A stretch of DNA of 64,000 bases from Eledone cirrhosa (lineage: Eukaryota). Shown piece after piece: positions 41,401 through 57,300 of the stretch; position 1 is the stretch's first letter; every line of letters starts with the position of its first letter. The stretch lies in the NCBI GenBank assembly GCA_964016885.1, contig CAXHJY010001429.1, forward strand, positions 1 to 64,000, written 5' to 3'. Made by a program: the position numbers and the translations under genes. Below the pieces are notes generated by a model. It did not search any database. It had not been told where the DNA came from and worked only from the letters and a program-made list of their open reading frames with translations.

Positions 41401-43769
41401 TTCGAAGCACACCATTCGCCGGCGGACTTTGTTGACGTTTAACACGGTTTGGTTCCACAGCCACAACTATTGAATTTACGGAGATATCTTGCTGAAATTC
41501 ACGCCACACATAGCCAATGAGTGTCTGCACATGTACCAGTAATTACAGATCGATCCGACCACGGGCGGCCGGCCCGCGATTGAAAAGGTAACTCCGCCGG
41601 CAAATCGTCATTTTTGGATTCGTTTTCTTCGAAGCACACCATTCGCCGGCGGACTTTGTTGACGTTTAACACGGTTTGGTTCCACAGCCACAACTATTGA
41701 TTTTACGGAGATATCTTGCTGAAATTCACGCCGCACATAGCCAATGAGTGTCTGCACATGTACCAGTAATTACAGATCGATCCGACCACGGGCGGCCGGC
41801 CCGCGATTGAAAAGGTAACTCCGCCGGCAAATCGTCATTTTTGGATTCGTTTTCTTCGAAGCACACCATTCGCCGGCGGACTTTGTTGACGTTTAACACG
41901 GTTTGGTTCCACAGCCACAACTATTGATTTTACGGAGATATCTTGCTGAAATTCACGCCGCACATAGCCAATGAGTGTCTGCACATGTACCAGTAATTAC
42001 AGATCTATCCGACCACGGGCGGCCGGCCCGCGATTGAAAAGGTAACTCCGCCGGCAAATCGTCATTTTTGGATTCGTTTTCTTCGAAGCACACCATTCGC
42101 CGGCGGACTTTGTTGACGTTTAACACGGTTTGGTTCCACAGCCACAACTATTGATTTTACGGAGATATCTTGCTGAAATTCACGCCGCACATAGCCAATG
42201 AGTGTCTGCACATGTACCAGTAATTACAGATCGATCCGACCACGGGCGGCCGGTCCGCGATTGAAAAGGTAACTCCGCCGGCAAATCGTCATTTTTGGAT
42301 TCGTTTTCTTCGAAGCACACCATTCGCCGGCGGACTTTGTTGACGTTTAACACGGTTTGGTTCCACAGCCACAACTATTGAATTCACGGAGATATCTTGC
42401 TGAAATCCACGCCACACATAGCCAATGAGTGTCTGCACATGTACCAGTAATTACAGATCGATCCGACCACGGGCGGCCGGCCCGCGATTGAAAAGGTAAC
42501 TCCGCCGGCAAATCGTCATTTTTGGATTCGTTTTCTTCGAAGCACACCATTCGCCGGCGGACTTTGTTGACGTTTAACACGGTTTGGTTCCACAGCCACA
42601 ACTATTGATTTTACGGAGATATCTTGCTGAAATTCACGCCGCACATAGCCAATGAGTGTCTGCACATGTACCAGTAATTACAGATCGATCCGACCACGGG
42701 CGGCCGGCCCGCGATTGAAAAGGTAACTCCGCCGGCAAATCGTCATTTTTGGATTCGTTTTCTTCGAAGCACACCATTCGCCGGCGGACTTTGTTGATCT
42801 TTTAACACGGTTTGGTTCCACAGCCACAACTATTGATTTTACGGAGATATCTTGCTGAAATTCACGCCGCACATAGCCAATGAGTGTCTGCACATGTACC
42901 AGTAATTACAGATCGATCCGACCACGGGCGGCCGGCCCGCGATTGAAAAGGTAACTCCGCCGGCAAATCGTCATTTTTGGATTCGTTTTCTTCGAAGCAC
43001 ACCATTCGCCGGCGGACTTTGTTGACGTTTAACACGGTTTGGTTCCACAGCCACAACTATTGATTTTACGGAGATATCTTGCTGAAATTCACGCCACACA
43101 TAGCCAATGAGTGTCTGCACATGTACCAGTAATTACAGATCGATCCGACCACGGGCGGCCGGCCCGCGATTAAAAAGGTAACTCCGCCGGCAAATCGTCA
43201 TTTTTGGATTCGTTTTCTTCGAAGCACACCATTCGCCGGCGGACTTTGTTGACGTTTAACACGGTTTGGTTCCACAGCCACAACTATTGAATTTACGGAG
43301 ATATCTTGCTGAAATTCACGCCGCACATAGCCAATGAGTGTCTGCACATGTACCAGTAATTACAGATCGATCCGACCACGGGCGGCCGGCCCGCGATTGA
43401 AAAGGTAACTCCGCCGGCAAATCGTCATTTTTGGATTCGTTTTCTTCGAAGCACACCATTCGCCGGCGGACATTGTTGACGTTTAACACGGTTTGGTTCC
43501 ACAGCCACAACTATTGATTTTACGGAGATATCTTGCTGAAATTCACGCCACACATAGCCAATGAGTGTCTGCACATGTACCAGTAATTACAGATCGATCC
43601 GACCACGGGCGGCCGGCCCGCGATTGAAAAGGTAACTCCGCCGGCAAATCGTCATTTTTGGATTCGTTTTCTTCGAAGCACACCATTCGCCGGCGGACTT
43701 TGTTGACGTTTAACACGGTTTGGTTCCACAGCCACAACTATTGAATTTACGGAGATATCTTGCTGAAAT

Positions 43770-46700
43770 TCACGCCACACATAGCCAATGAGTGTCTGCA
43801 CATGTACCAGTAATTACAGATCGATCCGACCACGGGCGGCCGGCCCGCGATTGAAAAGGTAACTCCGCCGGCAAATCGTCATTTTTGGATTCGTTTTCTT
43901 CGAAGCACACCATTCGCCGGCGGACTTTGTTGACGTTTAACACGGTTTGGTTCCACAGCCACAACTATTGATTTTACGGAGATATCTTGCTGAAATTCAC
44001 GCCGCACATAGCCAATGAGTGTCTGCACATGTACCAGTAATTACAGATCGATCCGACCACGGGCGGCCGGCCCGCGATTGAAAAGGTAACTCCGCCGGCA
44101 AATCGTCATTTTTGGATTCGTTTTCTTCGAAGCACACCATTCGCCGGCGGACTTTGTTGACGTTTAACACGGTTTGGTTCCACAGCCACAACTATTGATT
44201 TTACGGAGATATCTTGCTGAAATTCACGCCGCACATAGCCAATGAGTGTCTGCACATGTACCAGTAATTACAGATCGATCCGACCACGGGCGGCCGGCCC
44301 GCGATTGAAAAGGTAACTCCGCCGGCAAATCGTCATTTTTGGATTCGTTTTCTTCGAAGCACACCATTCGCCGGCGGACTTTGTTGACGTTTAACACGGT
44401 TTGGTTCCACAGCCACAACTATTGAATTCACGGAGATATCTTGCTGAAATTCACGCCACACATAGCCAATGAGTGTCTGCACATGTACCAGTAATTACAG
44501 ATCGATCCGACCACGGGCGGCCGGCCCGCGATTGAAAAGGTAACTCCGCCGGCAAATCGTCATTTTTGGATTCGTTTTCTTCGAAGCACACCATTCGCCG
44601 GCGGACTTTGTTGACGTTTAACACGGTTTGGTTCCACAGCCACAACTATTGATTTTACGGAGATATCTTGCTGAAATTCACGCCACACATAGCCAATGAG
44701 TGTCTGCACATGTACCAGTAATTACAGATCGATCCGACCACGGGCGGCCGGCCCGCGATTAAAAAGGTAACTCCGCCGGCAAATCGTCATTTTTGGATTC
44801 GTTTTCTTCGAAGCACACCATTCGCCGGCGGACTTTGTTGACGTTTAACACGGTTTGGTTCCACAGCCACAACTATTGAATTTACGGAGATATCTTGCTG
44901 AAATTCACGCCACACATAGCCAATGAGTGTCTGCACATGTACCAGTAATTACAGATCGATCTGACCACGGGCGGCCGGCCCGCGATTGAAAAGGTAACTC
45001 CGCCGGCAAATCGTCATTTTTGGATTCGTTTTCTTCGAAGCACACCATTCGCCGGCGGACTTTGTTGACGTTTAACACGGTTTGGTTCCACAGCCACAAC
45101 TATTGATTTTACGGAGATATCTTGCTGAAATTCACGCCGCACATAGCCAATGAGTGTCTGCACATGTACCAGTAATTACAGATCGATCCGACCACGGGCG
45201 GCCGGCCCGCGATTGAAAAGGTAACTCCGCCGGCAAATCGTCATTTTTGGATTCGTTTTCTTCGAAGCACACCATTCGCCGGCGGACATTGTTGACGTTT
45301 AACACGGTTTGGTTCCACAGCCACAACTATTGATTTTACGGAGATATCTTGCTGAAATTCACGCCACACATAGCCAATGAGTGTCTGCACATGTACCAGT
45401 AATTACAGATCGATCCGACCACGGGCGGCCGGCCCGCGATTGAAAAGGTAACTCCGCCGGCAAATCGTCATTTTTGGATTCGTTTTCTTCGAAGCACACC
45501 ATTCGCCGGCGGACTTTGTTGACGTTTAACACGGTTTGGTTCCACAGCCACAACTATTGATTTTACGGAGATATCTTGCTGAAATTCACGCCGCACATAG
45601 CCAATGAGTGTCTGCACATGTACCAGTAATTACAGATCGATCCGACCACGGGCGGCCGGCCCGCGATTGAAAAGGTAACTCCGCCGGCAAATCGTCATTT
45701 TTGGATTCGTTTTCTTCGAAGCACACCATTCGCCGGCGGACTTTGTTGACGTTTAACACGGTTTGGTTCCACAGCCACAACTATTGATTTTACGGAGATA
45801 TCTTGCTGAAATTCACGCCGCACATAGCCAATGAGTGTCTGCACATGTACCAGTAATTACAGATCGATCCGACCACGGGCGGCCGGCCCGCGATTGAAAA
45901 GGTAACTCCGCCGGCAAATCGTCATTTTTGGATTCGTTTTCTTCGAAGCACACCATTCGCCGGCGGACTTTGTTGACGTTTAACACGGTTTGGTTCCACA
46001 GCCACAACTATTGAATTCACGGAGATATCTTGCTGAAATTCACGCCACACATAGCCAATGAGTGTCTGCACATGTACCAGTAATTACAGATCGATCCGAC
46101 CACGGGCGGCCGGCCCGCGATTGAAAAGGTAACTCCGCCGGCAAATCGTCATTTTTGGATTCGTTTTCTTCGAAGCACACCATTCGCCGGCGGACTTTGT
46201 TGACGTTTAACACGGTTTGGTTCCACAGCCACAACTATTGATTTTACGGAGATATCTTGCTGAAATTCACGCCACACATAGCCAATGAGTGTCTGCACAT
46301 GTACCAGTAATTACAGATCGATCCGACCACGGGCGGCCGGCCCGCGATTAAAAAGGTAACTCCGCCGGCAAATCGTCATTTTTGGATTCGTTTTCTTCGA
46401 AGCACACCATTCGCCGGCGGACTTTGTTGACGTTTAACACGGTTTGGTTCCACAGCCACAACTATTGAATTTACGGAGATATCTTGCTGAAATTCACGCC
46501 ACACATAGCCAATGAGTGTCTGCACATGTACCAGTAATTACAGATCGATCTGACCACGGGCGGCCGGCCCGCGATTGAAAAGGTAACTCCGCCGGCAAAT
46601 CGTCATTTTTGGATTCGTTTTCTTCGAAGCACACCATTCGCCGGCGGACTTTGTTGACGTTTAACACGGTTTGGTTCCACAGCCACAACTATTGATTTTA

Positions 46701-46947
46701 CGGAGATATCTTGCTGAAATTCACGCCGCACATAGCCAATGAGTGTCTGCACATGTACCAGTAATTACAGATCGATCCGACCACGGGCGGCCGGCCCGCG
46801 ATTGAAAAGGTAACTCCGCCGGCAAATCGTCATTTTTGGATTCGTTTTCTTCGAAGCACACCATTCGCCGGCGGACATTGTTGACGTTTAACACGGTTTG
46901 GTTCCACAGCCACAACTATTGATTTTACGGAGATATCTTGCTGAAAT
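43770..46947. repeat. Tandem 7-monomer (1589 bp) duplication
   Basis: gaattc units 44224/45813, gattaaaa 44678/46267, gatctga 44905/46494 and acattg 45132/46721 are all offset by 7x227. Confidence 0.85.
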
Positions 46948-48309
46948 TCACGCCACACATAGCCAATGAGTGTCTGCACATGTACCAGTAATTACAGATC
47001 GATCCGACCACGGGCGGCCGGCCCGCGATTGAAAAGGTAACTCCGCCGGCAAATCGTCATTTTTGGATTCGTTTTCTTCGAAGCACACCATTCGCCGGCG
47101 GACTTTGTTGACGTTTAACACGGTTTGGTTCCACAGCCACAACTATTGAATTTACGGAGATATCTTGCTGAAATTCACGCCACACATAGCCAATGAGTGT
47201 CTGCACATGTACCAGTAATTACAGATCGATCCGACCACGGGCGGCCGGCCCGCGATTGAAAAGGTAACTCCGCCGGCAAATCGTCATTTTTGGATTCGTT
47301 TTCTTCGAAGCACACCATTCGCCGGCGGACTTTGTTGACGTTTAACACGGTTTGGTTCCACAGCCACAACTATTGATTTTACGGAGATATCTTGCTGAAA
47401 TTCACGCCGCACATAGCCAATGAGTGTCTGCACATGTACCAGTAATTACAGATCGATCCGACCACGGGCGGCCGGCCCGCGATTGAAAAGGTAACTCCGC
47501 CGGCAAATCGTCATTTTTGGATTCGTTTTCTTCGAAGCACACCATTCGCCGGCGGACATTGTTGACGTTTAACACGGTTTGGTTCCACAGCCACAACTAT
47601 TGATTTTACGGAGATATCTTGCTGAAATTCACGCCACACATAGCCAATGAGTGTCTGCACATGTACCAGTAATTACAGATCGATCCGACCACGGGCGGCC
47701 GGCCCGCGATTAAAAAGGTAACTCCGCCGGCAAATCGTCATTTTTGGATTCGTTTTCTTCGAAGCACACCATTCGCCGGCGGACTTTGTTGACGTTTAAC
47801 ACGGTTTGGTTCCACAGCCACAACTATTGAATTTACGGAGATATCTTGCTGAAATTCACGCCACACATAGCCAATGAGTGTCTGCACATGTACCAGTAAT
47901 TACAGATCGATCTGACCACGGGCGGCCGGCCCGCGATTGAAAAGGTAACTCCGCCGGCAAATCGTCATTTTTGGATTCGTTTTCTTCGAAGCACACCATT
48001 CGCCGGCGGACTTTGTTGACGTTTAACACGGTTTGGTTCCACAGCCACAACTATTGATTTTACGGAGATATCTTGCTGAAATTCACGCCGCACATAGCCA
48101 ATGAGTGTCTGCACATGTACCAGTAATTACAGATCGATCCGACCACGGGCGGCCGGCCCGCGATTGAAAAGGTAACTCCGCCGGCAAATCGTCATTTTTG
48201 GATTCGTTTTCTTCGAAGCACACCATTCGCCGGCGGACATTGTTGACGTTTAACACGGTTTGGTTCCACAGCCACAACTATTGATTTTACGGAGATATCT
48301 TGCTGAAAT

Positions 48310-51300
48310 TCACGCCACACATAGCCAATGAGTGTCTGCACATGTACCAGTAATTACAGATCGATCCGACCACGGGCGGCCGGCCCGCGATTGAAAAGGT
48401 AACTCCGCCGGCAAATCGTCATTTTTGGATTCGTTTTCTTCGAAGCACACCATTCGCCGGCGGACTTTGTTGACGTTTAACACGGTTTGGTTCCACAGCC
48501 ACAACTATTGAATTTACGGAGATATCTTGCTGAAATTCACGCCACACATAGCCAATGAGTGTCTGCACATGTACCAGTAATTACAGATCGATCCGACCAC
48601 GGGCGGCCGGCCCGCGATTGAAAAGGTAACTCCGCCGGCAAATCGTCATTTTTGGATTCGTTTTCTTCGAAGCACACCATTCGCCGGCGGACTTTGTTGA
48701 CGTTTAACACGGTTTGGTTCCACAGCCACAACTATTGATTTTACGGAGATATCTTGCTGAAATTCACGCCGCACATAGCCAATGAGTGTCTGCACATGTA
48801 CCAGTAATTACAGATCGATCCGACCACGGGCGGCCGGCCCGCGATTGAAAAGGTAACTCCGCCGGCAAATCGTCATTTTTGGATTCGTTTTCTTCGAAGC
48901 ACACCATTCGCCGGCGGACTTTGTTGACGTTTAACACGGTTTGGTTCCACAGCCACAACTATTGATTTTACGGAGATATCTTGCTGAAATTCACGCCGCA
49001 CATAGCCAATGAGTGTCTGCACATGTACCAGTAATTACAGATCGATCCGACCACGGGCGGCCGGCCCGCGATTGAAAAGGTAACTCCGCCGGCAAATCGT
49101 CATTTTTGGATTCGTTTTCTTCGAAGCACACCATTCGCCGGCGGACTTTGTTGACGTTTAACACGGTTTGGTTCCACAGCCACAACTATTGAATTCACGG
49201 AGATATCTTGCTGAAATTCACGCCACACATAGCCAATGAGTGTCTGCACATGTACCAGTAATTACAGATCGATCCGACCACGGGCGGCCGGCCCGCGATT
49301 GAAAAGGTAACTCCGCCGGCAAATCGTCATTTTTGGATTCGTTTTCTTCGAAGCACACCATTCGCCGGCGGACTTTGTTGACGTTTAACACGGTTTGGTT
49401 CCACAGCCACAACTATTGATTTTACGGAGATATCTTGCTGAAATTCACGCCACACATAGCCAATGAGTGTCTGCACATGTACCAGTAATTACAGATCGAT
49501 CCGACCACGGGCGGCCGGCCCGCGATTAAAAAGGTAACTCCGCCGGCAAATCGTCATTTTTGGATTCGTTTTCTTCGAAGCACACCATTCGCCGGCGGAC
49601 TTTGTTGACGTTTAACACGGTTTGGTTCCACAGCCACAACTATTGAATTTACGGAGATATCTTGCTGAAATTCACGCCACACATAGCCAATGAGTGTCTG
49701 CACATGTACCAGTAATTACAGATCGATCTGACCACGGGCGGCCGGCCCGCGATTGAAAAGGTAACTCCGCCGGCAAATCGTCATTTTTGGATTCGTTTTC
49801 TTCGAAGCACACCATTCGCCGGCGGACTTTGTTGACGTTTAACACGGTTTGGTTCCACAGCCACAACTATTGATTTTACGGAGATATCTTGCTGAAATTC
49901 ACGCCGCACATAGCCAATGAGTGTCTGCACATGTACCAGTAATTACAGATCGATCCGACCACGGGCGGCCGGCCCGCGATTGAAAAGGTAACTCCGCCGG
50001 CAAATCGTCATTTTTGGATTCGTTTTCTTCGAAGCACACCATTCGCCGGCGGACATTGTTGACGTTTAACACGGTTTGGTTCCACAGCCACAACTATTGA
50101 TTTTACGGAGATATCTTGCTGAAATTCACGCCACACATAGCCAATGAGTGTCTGCACATGTACCAGTAATTACAGATCGATCCGACCACGGGCGGCCGGC
50201 CCGCGATTGAAAAGGTAACTCCGCAGGCAAATCGTCATTTTTGGATTCGTTTTCTTCGAAGCACACCATTCGCCGGCGGACTTTGTTGACGTTTAACACG
50301 GTTTGGTTCCACAGCCACAACTATTGAATTTACGGAGATATCTTGCTGAAATTCACGCCACACATAGCCAATGAGTGTCTGCACATGTACCAGTAATTAC
50401 AGATCGATCCGACCACGGGCGGCCGGCCCGCGATTGAAAAGGTAACTCCGCCGGCAAATCGTCATTTTTGGATTCGTTTTCTTCGAAGCACACCATTCGC
50501 CGGCGGACTTTGTTGACGTTTAACACGGTTTGGTTCCACAGCCACAACTATTGATTTTACGGAGATATCTTGCTGAAATTCACGCCGCACATAGCCAATG
50601 AGTGTCTGCACATGTACCAGTAATTACAGATCGATCCGACCACGGGCGGCCGGCCCGCGATTGAAAAGGTAACTCCGCCGGCAAATCGTCATTTTTGGAT
50701 TCGTTTTCTTCGAAGCACACCATTCGCCGGCGGACTTTGTTGACGTTTAACACGGTTTGGTTCCACAGCCACAACTATTGATTTTACGGAGATATCTTGC
50801 TGAAATTCACGCCGCACATAGCCAATGAGTGTCTGCACATGTACCAGTAATTACAGATCTATCCGACCACGGGCGGCCGGCCCGCGATTGAAAAGGTAAC
50901 TCCGCCGGCAAATCGTCATTTTTGGATTCGTTTTCTTCGAAGCACACCATTCGCCGGCGGACTTTGTTGACGTTTAACACGGTTTGGTTCCACAGCCACA
51001 ACTATTGATTTTACGGAGATATCTTGCTGAAATTCACGCCGCACATAGCCAATGAGTGTCTGCACATGTACCAGTAATTACAGATCGATCCGACCACGGG
51101 CGGCCGGTCCGCGATTGAAAAGGTAACTCCGCCGGCAAATCGTCATTTTTGGATTCGTTTTCTTCGAAGCACACCATTCGCCGGCGGACTTTGTTGACGT
51201 TTAACACGGTTTGGTTCCACAGCCACAACTATTGAATTCACGGAGATATCTTGCTGAAATTCACGCCACACATAGCCAATGAGTGTCTGCACATGTACCA

Positions 51301-54300
51301 GTAATTACAGATCGATCCGACCACGGGCGGCCGGCCCGCGATTGAAAAGGTAACTCCGCCGGCAAATCGTCATTTTTGGATTCGTTTTCTTCGAAGCACA
51401 CCATTCGCCGGCGGACTTTGTTGACGTTTAACACGGTTTGGTTCCACAGCCACAACTATTGATTTTACGGAGATATCTTGCTGAAATTCACGCCGCACAT
51501 AGCCAATGAGTGTCTGCACATGTACCAGTAATTACAGATCGATCCGACCACGGGCGGCCGGCCCGCGATTGAAAAGGTAACTCCGCCGGCAAATCGTCAT
51601 TTTTGGATTCGTTTTCTTCGAAGCACACCATTCGCCGGCGGACTTTGTTGATCTTTTAACACGGTTTGGTTCCACAGCCACAACTATTGATTTTACGGAG
51701 ATATCTTGCTGAAATTCACGCCGCACATAGCCAATGAGTGTCTGCACATGTACCAGTAATTACAGATCGATCCGACCACGGGCGGCCGGCCCGCGATTGA
51801 AAAGGTAACTCCGCCGGCAAATCGTCATTTTTGGATTCGTTTTCTTCGAAGCACACCATTCGCCGGCGGACTTTGTTGACGTTTAACACGGTTTGGTTCC
51901 ACAGCCACAACTATTGATTTTACGGAGATATCTTGCTGAAATTCACGCCACACATAGCCAATGAGTGTCTGCACATGTACCAGTAATTACAGATCGATCC
52001 GACCACGGGCGGCCGGCCCGCGATTAAAAAGGTAACTCCGCCGGCAAATCGTCATTTTTGGATTCGTTTTCTTCGAAGCACACCATTCGCCGGCGGACTT
52101 TGTTGACGTTTAACACGGTTTGGTTCCACAGCCACAACTATTGAATTTACGGAGATATCTTGCTGAAATTCACGCCACACATAGCCAATGAGTGTCTGCA
52201 CATGTACCAGTAATTACAGATCGATCTGACCACGGGCGGCCGGCCCGCGATTGAAAAGGTAACTCCGCCGGCAAATCGTCATTTTTGGATTCGTTTTCTT
52301 CGAAGCACACCATTCGCCGGCGGACTTTGTTGACGTTTAACACGGTTTGGTTCCACAGCCACAACTATTGATTTTACGGAGATATCTTGCTGAAATTCAC
52401 GCCGCACATAGCCAATGAGTGTCTGCACATGTAACAGTAATTACAGATCGATCCGACCACGGGCGGCCGGCCCGCGATTGAAAAGGTAACTCCGCCGGCA
52501 AATCGTCATTTTTGGATTCGTTTTCTTCGAAGCACACCATTCGCCGGCGGACATTGTTGACGTTTAACACGGTTTGGTTCCACAGCCACAACTATTGATT
52601 TTACGGAGATATCTTGCTGAAATTCACGCCACACATAGCCAATGAGTGTCTGCACATGTACCAGTAATTACAGATCGATCCGACCACGGGCGGCCGGCCC
52701 GCGATTGAAAAGGTAACTCCGCCGGCAAATCGTCATTTTTGGATTCGTTTTCTTCGAAGCACACCATTCGCCGGCGGACTTTGTTGACGTTTAACACGGT
52801 TTGGTTCCACAGCCACAACTATTGAATTTACGGAGATATCTTGCTGAAATTCACGCCACACATAGCCAATGAGTGTCTGCACATGTACCAGTAATTACAG
52901 ATCGATCCGACCACGGGCGGCCGGCCCGCGATTGAAAAGGTAACTCCGCCGGCAAATCGTCATTTTTGGATTCGTTTTCTTCGAAGCACACCATTCGCCG
53001 GCGGACTTTGTTGACGTTTAACACGGTTTGGTTCCACAGCCACAACTATTGAATTTACGGAGATATCTTGCTGAAATTCACGCCACACATAGCCAATGAG
53101 TGTCTGCACATGTACCAGTAATTACAGATCGATCCGACCACGGGCGGCCGGCCCGCGATTGAAAAGGTAACTCCGCCGGCAAATCGTCATTTTTGGATTC
53201 GTTTTCTTCGAAGCACACCATTCGCCGGCGGACTTTGTTGACGTTTAACACGGTTTGGTTCCACAGCCACAACTATTGATTTTACGGAGATATCTTGCTG
53301 AAATTCACGCCGCACATAGCCAATGAGTGTCTGCACATGTACCAGTAATTACAGATCGATCCGACCACGGGCGGCCGGCCCGCGATTGAAAAGGTAACTC
53401 CGCCGGCAAATCGTCATTTTTGGATTCGTTTTCTTCGAAGCACACCATTCGCCGGCGGACTTTGTTGACGTTTAACACGGTTTGGTTCCACAGCCACAAC
53501 TATTGATTTTACGGAGATATCTTGCTGAAATTCACGCCGCACATAGCCAATGAGTGTCTGCACATGTACCAGTAATTACAGATCGATCCGACCACGGGCG
53601 GCCGGCCCGCGATTGAAAAGGTAACTCCGCCGGCAAATCGTCATTTTTGGATTCGTTTTCTTCGAAGCACACCATTCGCCGGCGGACTTTGTTGACGTTT
53701 AACACGGTTTGGTTCCACAGCCACAACTATTGAATTCACGGAGATATCTTGCTGAAATTCACGCCACACATAGCCAATGAGTGTCTGCACATGTACCAGT
53801 AATTACAGATCGATCCGACCACGGGCGGCCGGCCCGCGATTGAAAAGGTAACTCCGCCGGCAAATCGTCATTTTTGGATTCGTTTTCTTCGAAGCACACC
53901 ATTCGCCGGCGGACTTTGTTGACGTTTAACACGGTTTGGTTCCACAGCCACAACTATTGATTTTACGGAGATATCTTGCTGAAATTCACGCCACACATAG
54001 CCAATGAGTGTCTGCACATGTACCAGTAATTACAGATCGATCCGACCACGGGCGGCCGGCCCGCGATTAAAAAGGTAACTCCGCCGGCAAATCGTCATTT
54101 TTGGATTCGTTTTCTTCGAAGCACACCATTCGCCGGCGGACTTTGTTGACGTTTAACACGGTTTGGTTCCACAGCCACAACTATTGAATTTACGGAGATA
54201 TCTTGCTGAAATTCACGCCACACATAGCCAATGAGTGTCTGCACATGTACCAGTAATTACAGATCGATCTGACCACGGGCGGCCGGCCCGCGATTGAAAA

Positions 54301-57300
54301 GGTAACTCCGCCGGCAAATCGTCATTTTTGGATTCGTTTTCTTCGAAGCACACCATTCGCCGGCGGACTTTGTTGACGTTTAACACGGTTTGGTTCCACA
54401 GCCACAACTATTGATTTTACGGAGATATCTTGCTGAAATTCACGCCGCACATAGCCAATGAGTGTCTGCACATGTACCAGTAATTACAGATCGATCCGAC
54501 CACGGGCGGCCGGCCCGCGATTGAAAAGGTAACTCCGCCGGCAAATCGTCATTTTTGGATTCGTTTTCTTCGAAGCACACCATTCGCCGGCGGACATTGT
54601 TGACGTTTAACACGGTTTGGTTCCACAGCCACAACTATTGATTTTACGGAGATATCTTGCTGAAATTCACGCCACACATAGCCAATGAGTGTCTGCACAT
54701 GTACCAGTAATTACAGATCGATCCGACCACGGGCGGCCGGCCCGCGATTGAAAAGGTAACTCCGCAGGCAAATCGTCATTTTTGGATTCGTTTTCTTCGA
54801 AGCACACCATTCGCCGGCGGACTTTGTTGACGTTTAACACGGTTTGGTTCCACAGCCACAACTATTGAATTTACGGAGATATCTTGCTGAAATTCACGCC
54901 ACACATAGCCAATGAGTGTCTGCACATGTACCAGTAATTACAGATCGATCCGACCACGGGCGGCCGGCCCGCGATTGAAAAGGTAACTCCGCCGGCAAAT
55001 CGTCATTTTTGGATTCGTTTTCTTCGAAGCACACCATTCGCCGGCGGACTTTGTTGACGTTTAACACGGTTTGGTTCCACAGCCACAACTATTGATTTTA
55101 CGGAGATATCTTGCTGAAATTCACGCCGCACATAGCCAATGAGTGTCTGCACATGTACCAGTAATTACAGATCGATCCGACCACGGGCGGCCGGCCCGCG
55201 ATTGAAAAGGTAACTCCGCCGGCAAATCGTCATTTTTGGATTCGTTTTCTTCGAAGCACACCATTCGCCGGCGGACTTTGTTGACGTTTAACACGGTTTG
55301 GTTCCACAGCCACAACTATTGATTTTACGGAGATATCTTGCTGAAATTCACGCCGCACATAGCCAATGAGTGTCTGCACATGTACCAGTAATTACAGATC
55401 TATCCGACCACGGGCGGCCGGCCCGCGATTGAAAAGGTAACTCCGCCGGCAAATCGTCATTTTTGGATTCGTTTTCTTCGAAGCACACCATTCGCCGGCG
55501 GACTTTGTTGACGTTTAACACGGTTTGGTTCCACAGCCACAACTATTGATTTTACGGAGATATCTTGCTGAAATTCACGCCGCACATAGCCAATGAGTGT
55601 CTGCACATGTACCAGTAATTACAGATCGATCCGACCACGGGCGGCCGGTCCGCGATTGAAAAGGTAACTCCGCCGGCAAATCGTCATTTTTGGATTCGTT
55701 TTCTTCGAAGCACACCATTCGCCGGCGGACTTTGTTGACGTTTAACACGGTTTGGTTCCACAGCCACAACTATTGAATTCACGGAGATATCTTGCTGAAA
55801 TTCACGCCACACATAGCCAATGAGTGTCTGCACATGTACCAGTAATTACAGATCGATCCGACCACGGGCGGCCGGCCCGCGATTGAAAAGGTAACTCCGC
55901 CGGCAAATCGTCATTTTTGGATTCGTTTTCTTCGAAGCACACCATTCGCCGGCGGACTTTGTTGACGTTTAACACGGTTTGGTTCCACAGCCACAACTAT
56001 TGATTTTACGGAGATATCTTGCTGAAATTCACGCCGCACATAGCCAATGAGTGTCTGCACATGTACCAGTAATTACAGATCGATCCGACCACGGGCGGCC
56101 GGCCCGCGATTGAAAAGGTAACTCCGCCGGCAAATCGTCATTTTTGGATTCGTTTTCTTCGAAGCACACCATTCGCCGGCGGACTTTGTTGATCTTTTAA
56201 CACGGTTTGGTTCCACAGCCACAACTATTGATTTTACGGAGATATCTTGCTGAAATTCACGCCGCACATAGCCAATGAGTGTCTGCACATGTACCAGTAA
56301 TTACAGATCGATCCGACCACGGGCGGCCGGCCCGCGATTGAAAAGGTAACTCCGCCGGCAAATCGTCATTTTTGGATTCGTTTTCTTCGAAGCACACCAT
56401 TCGCCGGCGGACTTTGTTGACGTTTAACACGGTTTGGTTCCACAGCCACAACTATTGATTTTACGGAGATATCTTGCTGAAATTCACGCCACACATAGCC
56501 AATGAGTGTCTGCACATGTACCAGTAATTACAGATCGATCCGACCACGGGCGGCCGGCCCGCGATTAAAAAGGTAACTCCGCCGGCAAATCGTCATTTTT
56601 GGATTCGTTTTCTTCGAAGCACACCATTCGCCGGCGGACTTTGTTGACGTTTAACACGGTTTGGTTCCACAGCCACAACTATTGAATTTACGGAGATATC
56701 TTGCTGAAATTCACGCCACACATAGCCAATGAGTGTCTGCACATGTACCAGTAATTACAGATCGATCTGACCACGGGCGGCCGGCCCGCGATTGAAAAGG
56801 TAACTCCGCCGGCAAATCGTCATTTTTGGATTCGTTTTCTTCGAAGCACACCATTCGCCGGCGGACTTTGTTGACGTTTAACACGGTTTGGTTCCACAGC
56901 CACAACTATTGATTTTACGGAGATATCTTGCTGAAATTCACGCCGCACATAGCCAATGAGTGTCTGCACATGTAACAGTAATTACAGATCGATCCGACCA
57001 CGGGCGGCCGGCCCGCGATTGAAAAGGTAACTCCGCCGGCAAATCGTCATTTTTGGATTCGTTTTCTTCGAAGCACACCATTCGCCGGCGGACATTGTTG
57101 ACGTTTAACACGGTTTGGTTCCACAGCCACAACTATTGATTTTACGGAGATATCTTGCTGAAATTCACGCCACACATAGCCAATGAGTGTCTGCACATGT
57201 ACCAGTAATTACAGATCGATCCGACCACGGGCGGCCGGCCCGCGATTGAAAAGGTAACTCCGCCGGCAAATCGTCATTTTTGGATTCGTTTTCTTCGAAG

